Source: Eledone cirrhosa (lineage: Eukaryota). From it: a stretch of DNA of 64,000 nucleotides. Below the pieces are notes generated by a model that saw only the letters and a list, made by a program, of their open reading frames with translations, was not told the DNA's origin and searched no databases. The position numbers and the translations under genes were made by a program. Positions within the stretch are counted from its first letter, which is position 1. Every line of letters starts with the position of its first letter. The stretch covers positions 47,864,001 to 47,928,000 of the forward strand of contig OZ024743.1 in assembly GCA_964016885.1 (NCBI GenBank), given 5' to 3'. Shown here one piece after another: positions 50,301 through 64,000 of the stretch.

Positions 50301-53300
50301 AACAATATATATTACACAACTTAAATCATCACATCCACTACACCAAGTAGGTTAACAATATATATTACACAACTTAAATCATCACATCCACTACACCAGC
50401 TAGGTTAACAATATATATTACACAACTTAAATCATCACATCCACTACACCAGCTAGGTTAACAATATATATTACACAACTTAAATTATCACATCCACTAC
50501 ACCAGCTAGGTTAACAATATATATTGCTCAACTTAAATCATCACATCCACTACACCAGCTAGGTTAACAATCTATATTACTCAACTTAAATCATCACCTC
50601 CACTACTCCAGCTAGGTTAACAATATATATTACACAACTTAAATCATCACATCCACTACACCAGCTAGGTTCATATATATTACGCAACTTAAATCATCAC
50701 TTCCACTACACCAGATAGGTTAACAATATATATTACACAACTTAAATCATCACATCCACTACACCAGCTAGGTTCATATATATTACACAACTTAAATCAT
50801 CACATCCACTACACCAAGTAGGTTAACAATATATATTACTCAACTTAAATCATCAAATCCACTACACCAGCTAGGTTAACAATATATATTACACAACTGA
50901 AATCATCACATCCACTACACCAGCTAGGTTAACAATATATATTACACAACTTAAATCATCAAATCCACTACACCAGCTAGGTTAACAATATATATTACAC
51001 AACTTAAATCATCACATCCACTACACCAGCTAGGTTAACGATATATATTACACAACTTAAATCATCACATCCACTACACCAGCTAGGTTAACAATATATA
51101 TTACACAACTGAAATCATCACATCCACTACACCAGCTAGGTTAACAATATATATTATACAACTTAAATCATCACATCCACTACACCAGCTAGGTTAACAA
51201 TATATATTATACAACTGAAATCATCACATCCACTACACCAGCTAGGTTAACAATATATATTACACAACTTAAATCATCACATCCACTACACCAGCTAGGT
51301 TAACAATATATATTACACAACTTAAATCATCACATCCACTACACCAGCTAGGTTAACAATATATATTACACAACTTAAATCATCACATCCACTACACCAG
51401 CTAGGTTAACAATATATATTATACAACTTAAATCATCACATCCACTACACCAGCTAGGTTAACAATATATATTACACAACTTAAATCATCACATCCACTA
51501 CACCAGCTAGGTTAACAATATATATTAGACAACTTAAATCATCACATCCACTACACCAGCTAGGTTAACAATATATATTACACAACTTAAATCATCACAT
51601 CCACTACACCAGCTAGGTTAACAATATATATTACACAACTTAAATCATCAAATCCACTACACCAGCTAGGTTAACAATATATATTACACAACTGAAATCA
51701 TCACATCCACTACACCAGCTAGGTTAACAATCTATATTACTCAACTTAAATCATCAAATCCACTACACCAGCTAGGTTAACAATATGTATTACACAACTT
51801 AAATCATCACATCCACTACACCAAGTAGGTTAACAATATATATTACACAACTTAAATCATCACATCCACTACACCAGCTAGGTTAACAATATATGTTACA
51901 CAACGTAAATCATCACATCCACTACACCAGCTAGATTAATATATATTACACAACTTAAATCATCACATCCACTACACCAGCTAGGTTAACAATATATATT
52001 ACACAACTTAAATAATCACTACCACTACAATAGCTAGGTTAACAATCTATATTACACAACTTAAATAATCACTACCACTACACCAGCTAGGTTAACAATA
52101 TATATTACACAACTTAAATAATCACTACCACTACACCAGCTAGGTTAACAATATATAGTACACAACTTAAATCATCACATCCACTACACCAGCTAGGTTA
52201 ACAATATATATTACACAACTTAAATCATCACATCCACTACACCAGCTAGGTTAACAATATATATTACACAACTTAAATCATCACATCCACTACACCAGCT
52301 AGGATAACAATATATATTACTCAACTTAAATCATCAAATCTACTACACCAGCTAGGTTAACAATATATATTACTTAACTTAAATCATCAAATCCACTACA
52401 CCAGCTAGGTTAACAATATATATTATACAACTTAAATCATCACATCCACTACACCAGCTAGGTTAACAATATATATTACTCAACTTAAATCATCAAATCT
52501 ACTACACCAGCTAGGTTAACAATATATATTACTCAACTTAAATCATCAAATCCACTACACCAGCTAGGTTAACAATATATATTACACAACTTAAATCATC
52601 GCATCCACTACACCAGCTAGGTTAACAATATATATTACACAACTTAAATCATCACATCCACTACACCAGCTAGGTTAACAATATATATTACACAACTTAA
52701 ATCATCACATCCACTACACCAAGTAGGTTAACAATATATATTATACAACTTAAATCATCACATCCACTACACCAGCTAGGTTAACAATATATATTACACA
52801 ACTGAAATCATCACATCCACTACACCAGCTAGGTTAACAATATATATTACACAACTTAAATCATCGCATCCACTACACCAGCTAGGTTAACAATATATAT
52901 TACACAACTTAAATCATCACATCCACTACACCAGCTAGGTTAACAATATATATTACACAACGTAAATCATCACATCCACTACACCAGCTAGATTAATATA
53001 TATTACACAACTTAAATCATCACATCCACTACACCAGCTAGGTTAACAATATATATTACACAACTTAAATAATCACATCCACTACAATAGCTAGGTTAAC
53101 AATATATATTACACAACTTAAATAATCACTACCACTACACCAGCTAGGTTAACAATATATATTACACAACTTAAATCATCACATCCACTACACCAGCTAG
53201 GTTAACAATATATATTACTCTACTTAAATCATCAAATCTACTACAGCAGCTAGGTTAACAATATATATTACTCAACTTAAATCATCAAATCCACTACACC

Positions 53301-56300
53301 AGCTAGGTTAACAATATATATTACTCAACTTAAATCATCACATCCACTACACCAGCTAGGTTAACAATATATATTACACAACTTAAATCATCACATCCAC
53401 TACACCAGCTAGGTTAACAATATATATTAGACAACTTAAATCATCACATCCACTACACCAGCTAGGTTAACAATATATATTAGACAACTTAAATCATCAC
53501 ATCCACTACACCAGCTAGGTTAACAATATATATTACACAACTTAAATCATCACATCCACTACACCAGCTAGGTTAACAATATATATTACTCAACTTAAAT
53601 CATCACATCCACTACACCAGCTAGGTTAACAATCTATATTACACAACTTAAATCATCACATCCACTATACCAGCTAGGTTAATATATATTTCACAACGTA
53701 AATCATCACATCCACTACACCAGCTAGGTTAATATATATTACACAACTTAAATCATCACATCCACTACACCAGCTAGGTTAACAATATATATTACACAAC
53801 TTAAATCATCACATCCACTACACCAGCTAGGTTAATATATATTACACAACATAAATCATCACATCCACTACACCAGCTAGGTTAACAATATATATTACAC
53901 AACTTAAATCATCACATCCACTACACCAGCTAGGTTAACAATATATATTACACAACTTAAATCATCACATCCACTACACCAGCTAGGTTAACAATATATA
54001 TTACACAACTTAAATCATCACATCCACTACACCAGCTAGGTTAACAATCTATATTACTCAACTTAAATCATCACATCCACTACACCAGCTAGGTTAACAA
54101 TATATATTACACAACTTAAATCATCACATCCACTACATCAGCAAAGGTTAACAATATATATTACACAACTTAAATCATCACATCCACTACACCAGCTATG
54201 TTAACAATATATATTACACAACTTAAATCATCACATCCACTACACCAGCTTGGTTAACAATATATATTACACAACTTAAATCATCACATCCACTACATCA
54301 GCAAAGGTTAACAATATATATTACACAACTTAAATCATCACATCCACTACACCAGCTATGTTAACAATATATATTACACAACTTAAATCATCACATCCAC
54401 TACACCAGCTAGGTTAACAATATATATTACACAACTTAAATCATCACATCCACTACACCAGCTAGGTTAACAATATATATTACACAACTTAAATCATCAC
54501 ATCCACTACACCAGCTAGGTTAACAATATATATTACTCAACTTAAATCATCAAATCTACTACACCAGCTAGGTTAACAATATATATTACTCAACTTAAAT
54601 CATCAAATCCACTACACCAGCTAGGTTAACAATATATATTATACAACTTAAATCATCACATCCACTACACCAGCTAGGTTAACAATATATATTATACAAC
54701 TTAAATCATCACATCCACTACACCAGCTAGGTTAACAATATATATTACACAACTTAAATCATCACATCCACTACACCAGCTAGGTTAATATATATTACAC
54801 AACTTAAATGATCACATCCACTACAACAGCTAGGTTAATATATATTACACAACTTAAATCATCACATCCACTACATCAGCTAGTTTAACAATATATATTA
54901 CACAACTTAAATCATCACATCCACTACACCAGCTAGGTTAACAATATATAGTACACAACTTAAAACATCAAATCCACTACACCAGCTAGGCTAACAATAT
55001 ATATTACACAACTTAAATCATCACATCCACTACACCAGCTAGGTTAACAATCTATATTACTCAACTTAAATCATCACATCCACTACACCAGCTAGGTTAA
55101 CAATATATATTACACAACTTAAATCATCACATCCACTACATCAGCTAGGTTAACAATATATATTACACAACATAAATCATCACATCCACTACACCAAGTA
55201 GGTTAACAATATATATTACACAACTTAAATCATCACATCCACTACACCAGCTAGGTTAACAATATATATTATACAACTTAAATCATCACATCCACTACAC
55301 CAGCTAGGTTAACAATATATATTACACAACTTAAATCATCACATCCACTACACCAGCTAGGTTAACAATATATATTACACAACTTAAATCATCACATCCA
55401 CTATACCAGCTAGGTTAACAATATATATTACACAACTTAAATCATCACATCCACTACACCAGCTAGGTTAATATATATTACACAACTTAAATCATCACAT
55501 CCACTACACCAGCTAGGTTAACAATATATATTACTCAACTTAAATCATCACATCCACTACACCAGCTAGGTTAACAATCTATATTACTCAATTTAAATCA
55601 TCACATCCACTACACCAGCTAGGTTAACAATATATATTACACAACTTAAATCATCACATCCACTACACCAGCTAGGTTAACAATATATATTACTCAACTT
55701 AAATCATCACATCCACTACACCAGCTAGGTTAACAATCTATATTACACAACTTAAATCATCACATCCACTACACCAGCTAGGTTAATATATATTACACAA
55801 CGTAAATCATCACATCCACTACACCAGCTAGGTTAATATATATTACACAACTTAAATCATCACATCCACTACACCATCTAGGTTAACAATATATATTACA
55901 CAACTTAAATCATCACATCCACTACACCAGCCTGGTTAATATATATTACACAACATAAATCATCACATCCACTACACCAGCTAGGTTAACAATATATATT
56001 ACACAACTTAAATCATCACATCCCCTACACCAGCTAGGTTAACAATATATATTACACAACTTAAATCATCAGATCCACTACACCAGCTAGGTTAACAATC
56101 TATATTACTCAACTTAAATCATCACATCCACTACACCAGCTAGGTTAACAATATATATTACACAACTTAAATCATCACATCCACTACATCAGCAAAGGTT
56201 AACAATATATATTACACAACTTAAATCATCACATCCACTACACCAGCTATGTTAACAATATATATTACACAACTTAAATCATCACATCCACTACACCAGC

Positions 56301-59300
56301 TTGGTTAACAATATATATTACACAACTTAAATCATCACATCCACTACATCAGCAAAGGTTAACAATATATATTACACAACTTAAATCATCACATCCACTA
56401 CACCAGCTAGGTTAACAATATATATTACACAACTTAAATGATCACATCCACTACACCAGCTAGGTTAATATATATTACACAACTTAAATCATCACATCCA
56501 CTACACCAGCTAGGTTAACAATCTATATTACGCAACTTAAATCATCACATCCACTACACCAGCTAGGTTAATATATATTACACAACTTAAATGATCACAT
56601 CCACTACACCAGCTAGGTTAATATATATTACACAACTTAAATCATCACATCCACTACATCAGCTAGGTTAACAATATATATTACACAACTTAAATCATCA
56701 CATCCACTACACCAGCTAGGTTAACAATATATAGTACACAACGTAAATCATCACATCCACTACACCAGCTAGATTAATATATATTACACAACTTAAATCA
56801 TCACATCCACTACACCAGCTAGGTTAACAATATATATTACACAACTTAAATCATCACATCCACTACACCAGCTAGGTTAATATATATTACACAACTTAAA
56901 TCATCACATCCACTACATCAGCTAGGTTAACAATATATATTACACAACTTAAATCATCACATCCACTACACCAGCTAGGTTAACAATATATAGTACACAA
57001 CGTAAATCATCACATCCACTACACCAGCTAGATTAATATATATTACACAACTTAAATCATCACATCCACTACACCAGCTAGGTTAATATATATTACACAA
57101 CTTAAATGATCACATCCACTACACCAGCTAGGTTAATATATATTACACAACTTAAATCATCACATCCACTACACCAGCTAGGTTAACAATCTATATTACT
57201 CAACTTAAATCATCACATCCACTACACCAGCTAGGTTAATATATATTACACAACTTAAATGATCACATCCACTACACCAGCTAGGTGAATATATATTACA
57301 CAACTTAAATCTTCACATCCACTACATCAGCTAGGTTAACAATATATATTACACAACTTAAATCATCACATCCACTACACCAGCTAGGTTAACAATCTAT
57401 ATTACTCAACTTAAATCATCACATCCACTACACCAGCTAGGTTAACAATATATATTATACAACTTAAATCATCACATCCACTACACCAGCTAGGTTAACA
57501 ATATATATTACACAACTTAAATCATCACATCCACTACACCAGCTAGGTTAACAATATATATTACACAACTTAAATCATCACATCCACTACACCAGCTAGG
57601 TTAACAATATATATTACACAACTTAAATCATCACATCCACTACACCAGCTAGGTTAATATATATTACACAACTTAAATCATCACATCCACTACACCAGCT
57701 AGGTTAACAATATATATTACTCAACTTAAATTATCACATCCACTACACCAGCTAGGTTAACAATCTATATTACTCAATTTAAATCATCACATCCACTACA
57801 CCAGCTAGGTTAACAATATATATTACACAACTTAAATCATCACATCCACTACACCAGCTAGGTTAACAATATATGTTACTCAACTTAAATCATCACATCC
57901 ACTACACCAGCTAGGTTAACAATCTATATTACACAACTTAAATCATCACATCCACTACACCAGCTAGGTTAATATATATTACACAACGTAAATCATCACA
58001 TCCACTACACCAGCTAGGTTAATATATATTACACAACTTAAATCATCACATCCACTACACCAGCTAGGTTAACAATATATATTACACAACTTAAATCATC
58101 ACATCCACTACACCAGCCTGGTTAATATATATTACACAACATAAATCATCACATCCACTACACCAGCTAGGTTAACAATATATATTACACAACTTAAATC
58201 ATCACATCCACTACACCAGCTAGGTTAACAATCTATATTACTCAACTTAAATCATCACATCCACTACACCAGCTAGGTTAACAATATATATTACACAACT
58301 TAAATCATCACATCCACTACATCAGCAAAGGTTAACAATATATATTACACAACTTAAATCATCACATCCACTACACCAGCTATGTTAACAATATATATTA
58401 CACAACTTAAATCATCACATCCACTACACCAGCTAGGTTAACAATATATATTACACAACTTAAATCATCACATCCACTACATCAGCAAAGGTTAACAATA
58501 TATATTACACAACTTAAATCATCACATCCACTACACCAGCTATGTTAACAATATATATTACACAACTTAAATCATCACATCCACTACACCAGCTAGGTTA
58601 ACAATATATATTACACAACTTAAATCATCACATCCACTACACCAGCTAGGTTAACAATCTATATTACACAACTTAAATGATCACATCCACTACACCAGCT
58701 AGGTTAATATATATTACACAACTTAAATCATCACATCCACTACACCAGCTAGGTTAACAATCTATATTACTCAACTTAAATCATCACATCCAGTACACCA
58801 GCTAGGTTAATATATATTACACAACTTAAATGATCACATCCACTACACCAGCTAGGTTAATATATATTACACAACTTAAATCATCACATCCACTACATCA
58901 GCTAGGTTAACAATATATATTACACAACTTAAATCATCACATCCACTACACCAGCTAGGTTAACAATATATAGTACACAACTTAAAACATCAAATCCACT
59001 ACACCAGCTAGCCTAACAATATATATTACACAACTTAAATCATCACATCCACTACACCAGCTAGGTTAACAATCTATATTACTCAACTTAAATCATCACA
59101 TCCACTACACCAGCTAGGTTAACAATATATATTACACAACTTAAATCATCACATCCACTACATCAGCTAGGTTAACAATATATATTACACAACATAAATC
59201 ATCACATCCACTACACCAAGTAGGTTAACAATATATATTACACAACTTAAATCATCACATCCACTACACCAGCTAGGTTAACAATATATATTATACAACT

Positions 59301-62300
59301 TAAATCATCACATCCACTACACCAGCTAGGTTAACAATATATATTACACAACTTAAATCATCACATCCACTACACCAGCTAGGTTAACAATATATATTAC
59401 ACAACTTAAATCATCACATCCACTACACCAGCTAGGTTAACAATATATATTACACAACTTAAATCATCACATCCACTACACCAGCTAGGTTAATATATAT
59501 TACACAACTTAAATCATCACATCCACTACACCAGCTAGGTTAACAATCTATATTACACAACTTAAATCATCACATCCACTACACCAGCTAGGTTAACAAT
59601 ATATATTACACAACTTAAATCATCACATCCACTACACCAGCTAGGTTAACAATATATATTATACAACTTAAATCATCACATCCACTACACCAGCTAGGTT
59701 AACAATATATATTACACAACTTAAATCATCACATCCACTACACCAGCTAGGTTAACAATATATATTACACAACTTAAATCATCACATCCACTACACCAGC
59801 TAGGTTAACAATATATATTACACAACTTAAATCATCACATCCACTACACCAGCTAGGTTAATATATATTACACAACTTAAATCATCACATCCACTACACC
59901 AGCTAGGTTAACAATATATATTACACAACTTAAATCATCACATCCGGTACACCAGCTAGGTTACCAATATATATTACACAACTTAAATCATCACATCCAC
60001 TACAGCAGCTAGGTTAACAATATATATTACACAACTTAAATCATCACATCCACTACACCAGCTAGGTTAATATATATTACACAACTTAAATCATCACATC
60101 CACTACACCAGCTAGGTTAACAATATATATTACACAACTTAAATCATCACATCCAGTACACCAGCTAGGTTACCAATATATATTACACAACTTAAATCAT
60201 CACATCCACTACAGCAGCTAGGTTAACAATATATATTACACAACTTAAATCATCACATCCACTACACCAGCTAGGTTAACAATCTATATTACACAACTTA
60301 AATCATCACATCCACTACATCAGCAAAAGTTAACAATATATATTACACAACTCAAATCATCACATCCACTACAGCAGCTATGTTAACAATATATATTACA
60401 CAACTTAAATCATCACATCCACTACACCAGATAGGTTAACAATATATATTACACAACTTAAATCATCACATCCACTACACCAGCTAGGTTAACAATATAT
60501 ATTACACAACTTAAATGATCACATCCACTACACCAGCTTGGTTAATATATATTACACAACTTAAATCATCACATCCACTACACCAGCTAGGTTAACAATC
60601 TATATTACTCAACTTAAATCATCACATCCACTACACCAGCTAGGTTAATATATATTACACAACTTAAATGATCACATCCACTACACCAGCTAGGTTAACA
60701 TATATTACACAACTTAAATCATCACATCCACTACATCAGCTAGGTTAACAATATATATTACACAACTTAAATCATCACATCCACTACACCAGCTAGGTTA
60801 ACAATATATAGTACACAACTTAAAACATCAAATCCACTACACCAGCTAGGTTAACAATATATATTACACAACTTAAATCATCACATCCACTACACCAGCT
60901 AGATTAACAATCTATATTACTCAACTTAAATCATCACATCCACTACACCAGCTAGGTTAACAATATATATTACACAACTTAAATCATCACATCCACTACA
61001 TCAGCTAGGTTAACAATATATATTACACAACATAAATCATCACATCCACTACACCAAGTAGGTTAACAATATATATTACACAACTTAAATCATCACATCC
61101 ACTACACCAGCTAGGTTAACAATATATATTACTCAACTTAAATCATCACATCCACTACACCAGCTAGGTTAACAATATATATTATACAACTTAAATCATC
61201 ACATCCACTACACCAGCTAGGTTAACAATATATATTACACAACTTAAATCATCACATCCACTACACCAGCTAGGTTAACAATATATATTACACAACTTAA
61301 ATTATCACATCCACTACACCAGCTAGGTTAACAATATATATTGCTCAACTTAAATCATCACATCCACTACACCAGCTAGGTTAACAATCTATATTACTCA
61401 ACTTAAATCATCACCTCCACTACTCCAGCTAGGTTAACAATATATATTACACAACTTAAATCATCACATCCACTACACCAGCTAGGTTCATATATATTAC
61501 GCAACTTAAATCATCACTTCCACTACACCAGATAGGTTAACAATATATATTACACAACTTAAATCATCACATCCACTACACCAGCTAGGTTCATATATAT
61601 TACACAACTTAAATCATCACATCCACTACACCAGCTAGGTTAACAATATATATTACACAACTTAAATCATCACATCCAGTACACCAGCTAGGTTACCAAT
61701 ATATATTACACAACTTAAATCATCACATCCACTACAGCAGCTAGGTTAACATTATATATTATACAACTTAAATCATCACATCCACTACACCAGCTAGGTT
61801 AACAATCTATATTACTCAACTTAAATCATCACATCCACTACACCAGCTAGGTTAACAATATATATTACACAACTTAAATCATCACATCCACTACACCAAG
61901 TAGGTTAACAATATATATTACACAACTTAAATCATCACATCCACTACACCAGCTAGGTTAACAATATATATTACACAACTTAAATCATCACATCCACTAC
62001 ACCAGCTAGGTTAACAATATATATTACACAACTTAAATTATCACATCCACTACACCAGCTAGGTTAACAATATATATTGCTCAACTTAAATCATCACATC
62101 CACTACACCAGCTAGGTTAACAATCTATATTACTCAACTTAAATCATCACCTCCACTACTCCAGCTAGGTTAACAATATATATTACACAACTTAAATCAT
62201 CACATCCACTACACCAGCTAGGTTCATATATATTACGCAACTTAAATCATCACTTCCACTACACCAGATAGGTTAACAATATATATTACACAACTTAAAT

Positions 62301-64000
62301 CATCACATCCACTACACCAGCTAGGTTCATATATATTACACAACTTAAATCATCACATCCACTACACCAAGTAGGTTAACAATATATATTACTCAACTTA
62401 AATCATCAAATCCACTACACCAGCTAGGTTAACAATATATATTACACAACTGAAATCATCACATCCACTACACCAGCTAGGTTAACAATATATATTACAC
62501 AACTTAAATCATCAAATCCACTACACCAGCTAGGTTAACAATATATATTACACAACTTAAATCATCACATCCACTACACCAGCTAGGTTAACGATATATA
62601 TTACACAACTTAAATCATCACATCCACTACACCAGCTAGGTTAACAATATATATTACACAACTGAAATCATCACATCCACTACACCAGCTAGGTTAACAA
62701 TATATATTATACAACTTAAATCATCACATCCACTACACCAGCTAGGTTAACAATATATATTATACAACTGAAATCATCACATCCACTACACCAGCTAGGT
62801 TAACAATATATATTACACAACTTAAATCATCACATCCACTACACCAGCTAGGTTAACAATATATATTACACAACTTAAATCATCACATCCACTACACCAG
62901 CTAGGTTAACAATATATATTACACAACTTAAATCATCACATCCACTACACCAGCTAGGTTAACAATATATATTATACAACTTAAATCATCACATCCACTA
63001 CACCAGCTAGGTTAACAATATATATTACACAACTTAAATCATCACATCCACTACACCAGCTAGGTTAACAATATATATTAGACAACTTAAATCATCACAT
63101 CCACTACACCAGCTAGGTTAACAATATATATTACACAACTTAAATCATCACATCCACTACACCAGCTAGGTTAACAATATATATTACACAACTTAAATCA
63201 TCAAATCCACTACACCAGCTAGGTTAACAATATATATTACACAACTGAAATCATCACATCCACTACACCAGCTAGGTTAACAATCTATATTACTCAACTT
63301 AAATCATCAAATCCACTACACCAGCTAGGTTAACAATATGTATTACACAACTTAAATCATCACATCCACTACACCAAGTAGGTTAACAATATATATTACA
63401 CAACTTAAATCATCACATCCACTACACCAGCTAGGTTAACAATATATGTTACACAACGTAAATCATCACATCCACTACACCAGCTAGATTAATATATATT
63501 ACACAACTTAAATCATCACATCCACTACACCAGCTAGGTTAACAATATATATTACACAACTTAAATAATCACTACCACTACAATAGCTAGGTTAACAATC
63601 TATATTACACAACTTAAATAATCACTACCACTACACCAGCTAGGTTAACAATATATATTACACAACTTAAATAATCACTACCACTACACCAGCTAGGTTA
63701 ACAATATATAGTACACAACTTAAATCATCACATCCACTACACCAGCTAGGTTAACAATATATATTACACAACTTAAATCATCACATCCACTACACCAGCT
63801 AGGTTAACAATATATATTACACAACTTAAATCATCACATCCACTACACCAGCTAGGATAACAATATATATTACTCAACTTAAATCATCAAATCTACTACA
63901 CCAGCTAGGTTAACAATATATATTACTTAACTTAAATCATCAAATCCACTACACCAGCTAGGTTAACAATATATATTATACAACTTAAATCATCACATCC

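Larger units (their letters stand above)
37203..64000. repeat. 53-bp tandem satellite (~480 units, continues past the window end)
   Basis: Consensus ggttaacaatatatattacacaacttaaatcatcacatccactacaccagcta (53 nt). Recurrent 50-bp variant and rare 24-bp deleted units (~40671-40720, ~43203-43250). Confidence 0.97.

Noticed and set aside
37203-64000. Telomeric repeat or CRISPR array
   Set aside because: There are no (TTAGGG)n/(TTAGG)n runs and no variable spacers. It is a homogeneous 53-bp satellite.

Overview
AT-rich, repeat-dense animal genomic DNA; the SINE/LINE repertoire resembles octopus or another cephalopod (inference only). Two long tandem arrays flank a ~27-kb island. The left array is a 61-bp satellite (1-9901, ~160 units) whose monomer is a piece of the ORF2 C-terminus of a CR1/L2-type LINE, and that LINE is also present here as ordinary copies. 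The right array is a 53-bp satellite (37203 to the window end, ~480 units) carrying a duplicated RTE insertion and kb-scale higher-order repeats. The island holds one clear host gene, a 3-exon CKS1/CKS2-type CDK regulatory subunit (+ strand, 78 aa, exons 22643-22707, 27385-27512, 29614-29657). It also holds many truncated retroelements: RTE (one with a C4HC3 PHD finger inside the RT region), CR1/L2 copies nested antisense inside other LINEs, an R4/Dong-like fragment sitting in (ACAT)n, a CRE-clade fragment, Meta-domain SINEs, and piggyBac-type and mariner-type MITEs. Six fold-back or hammerhead-ribozyme-bearing elements resemble Penelope-like pLTR remnants; two have nearly intact type I hammerhead folds. 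There is no evidence for prokaryotic systems such as CRISPR. Most listed ORFs are microsatellite, satellite or antisense-TE artefacts.
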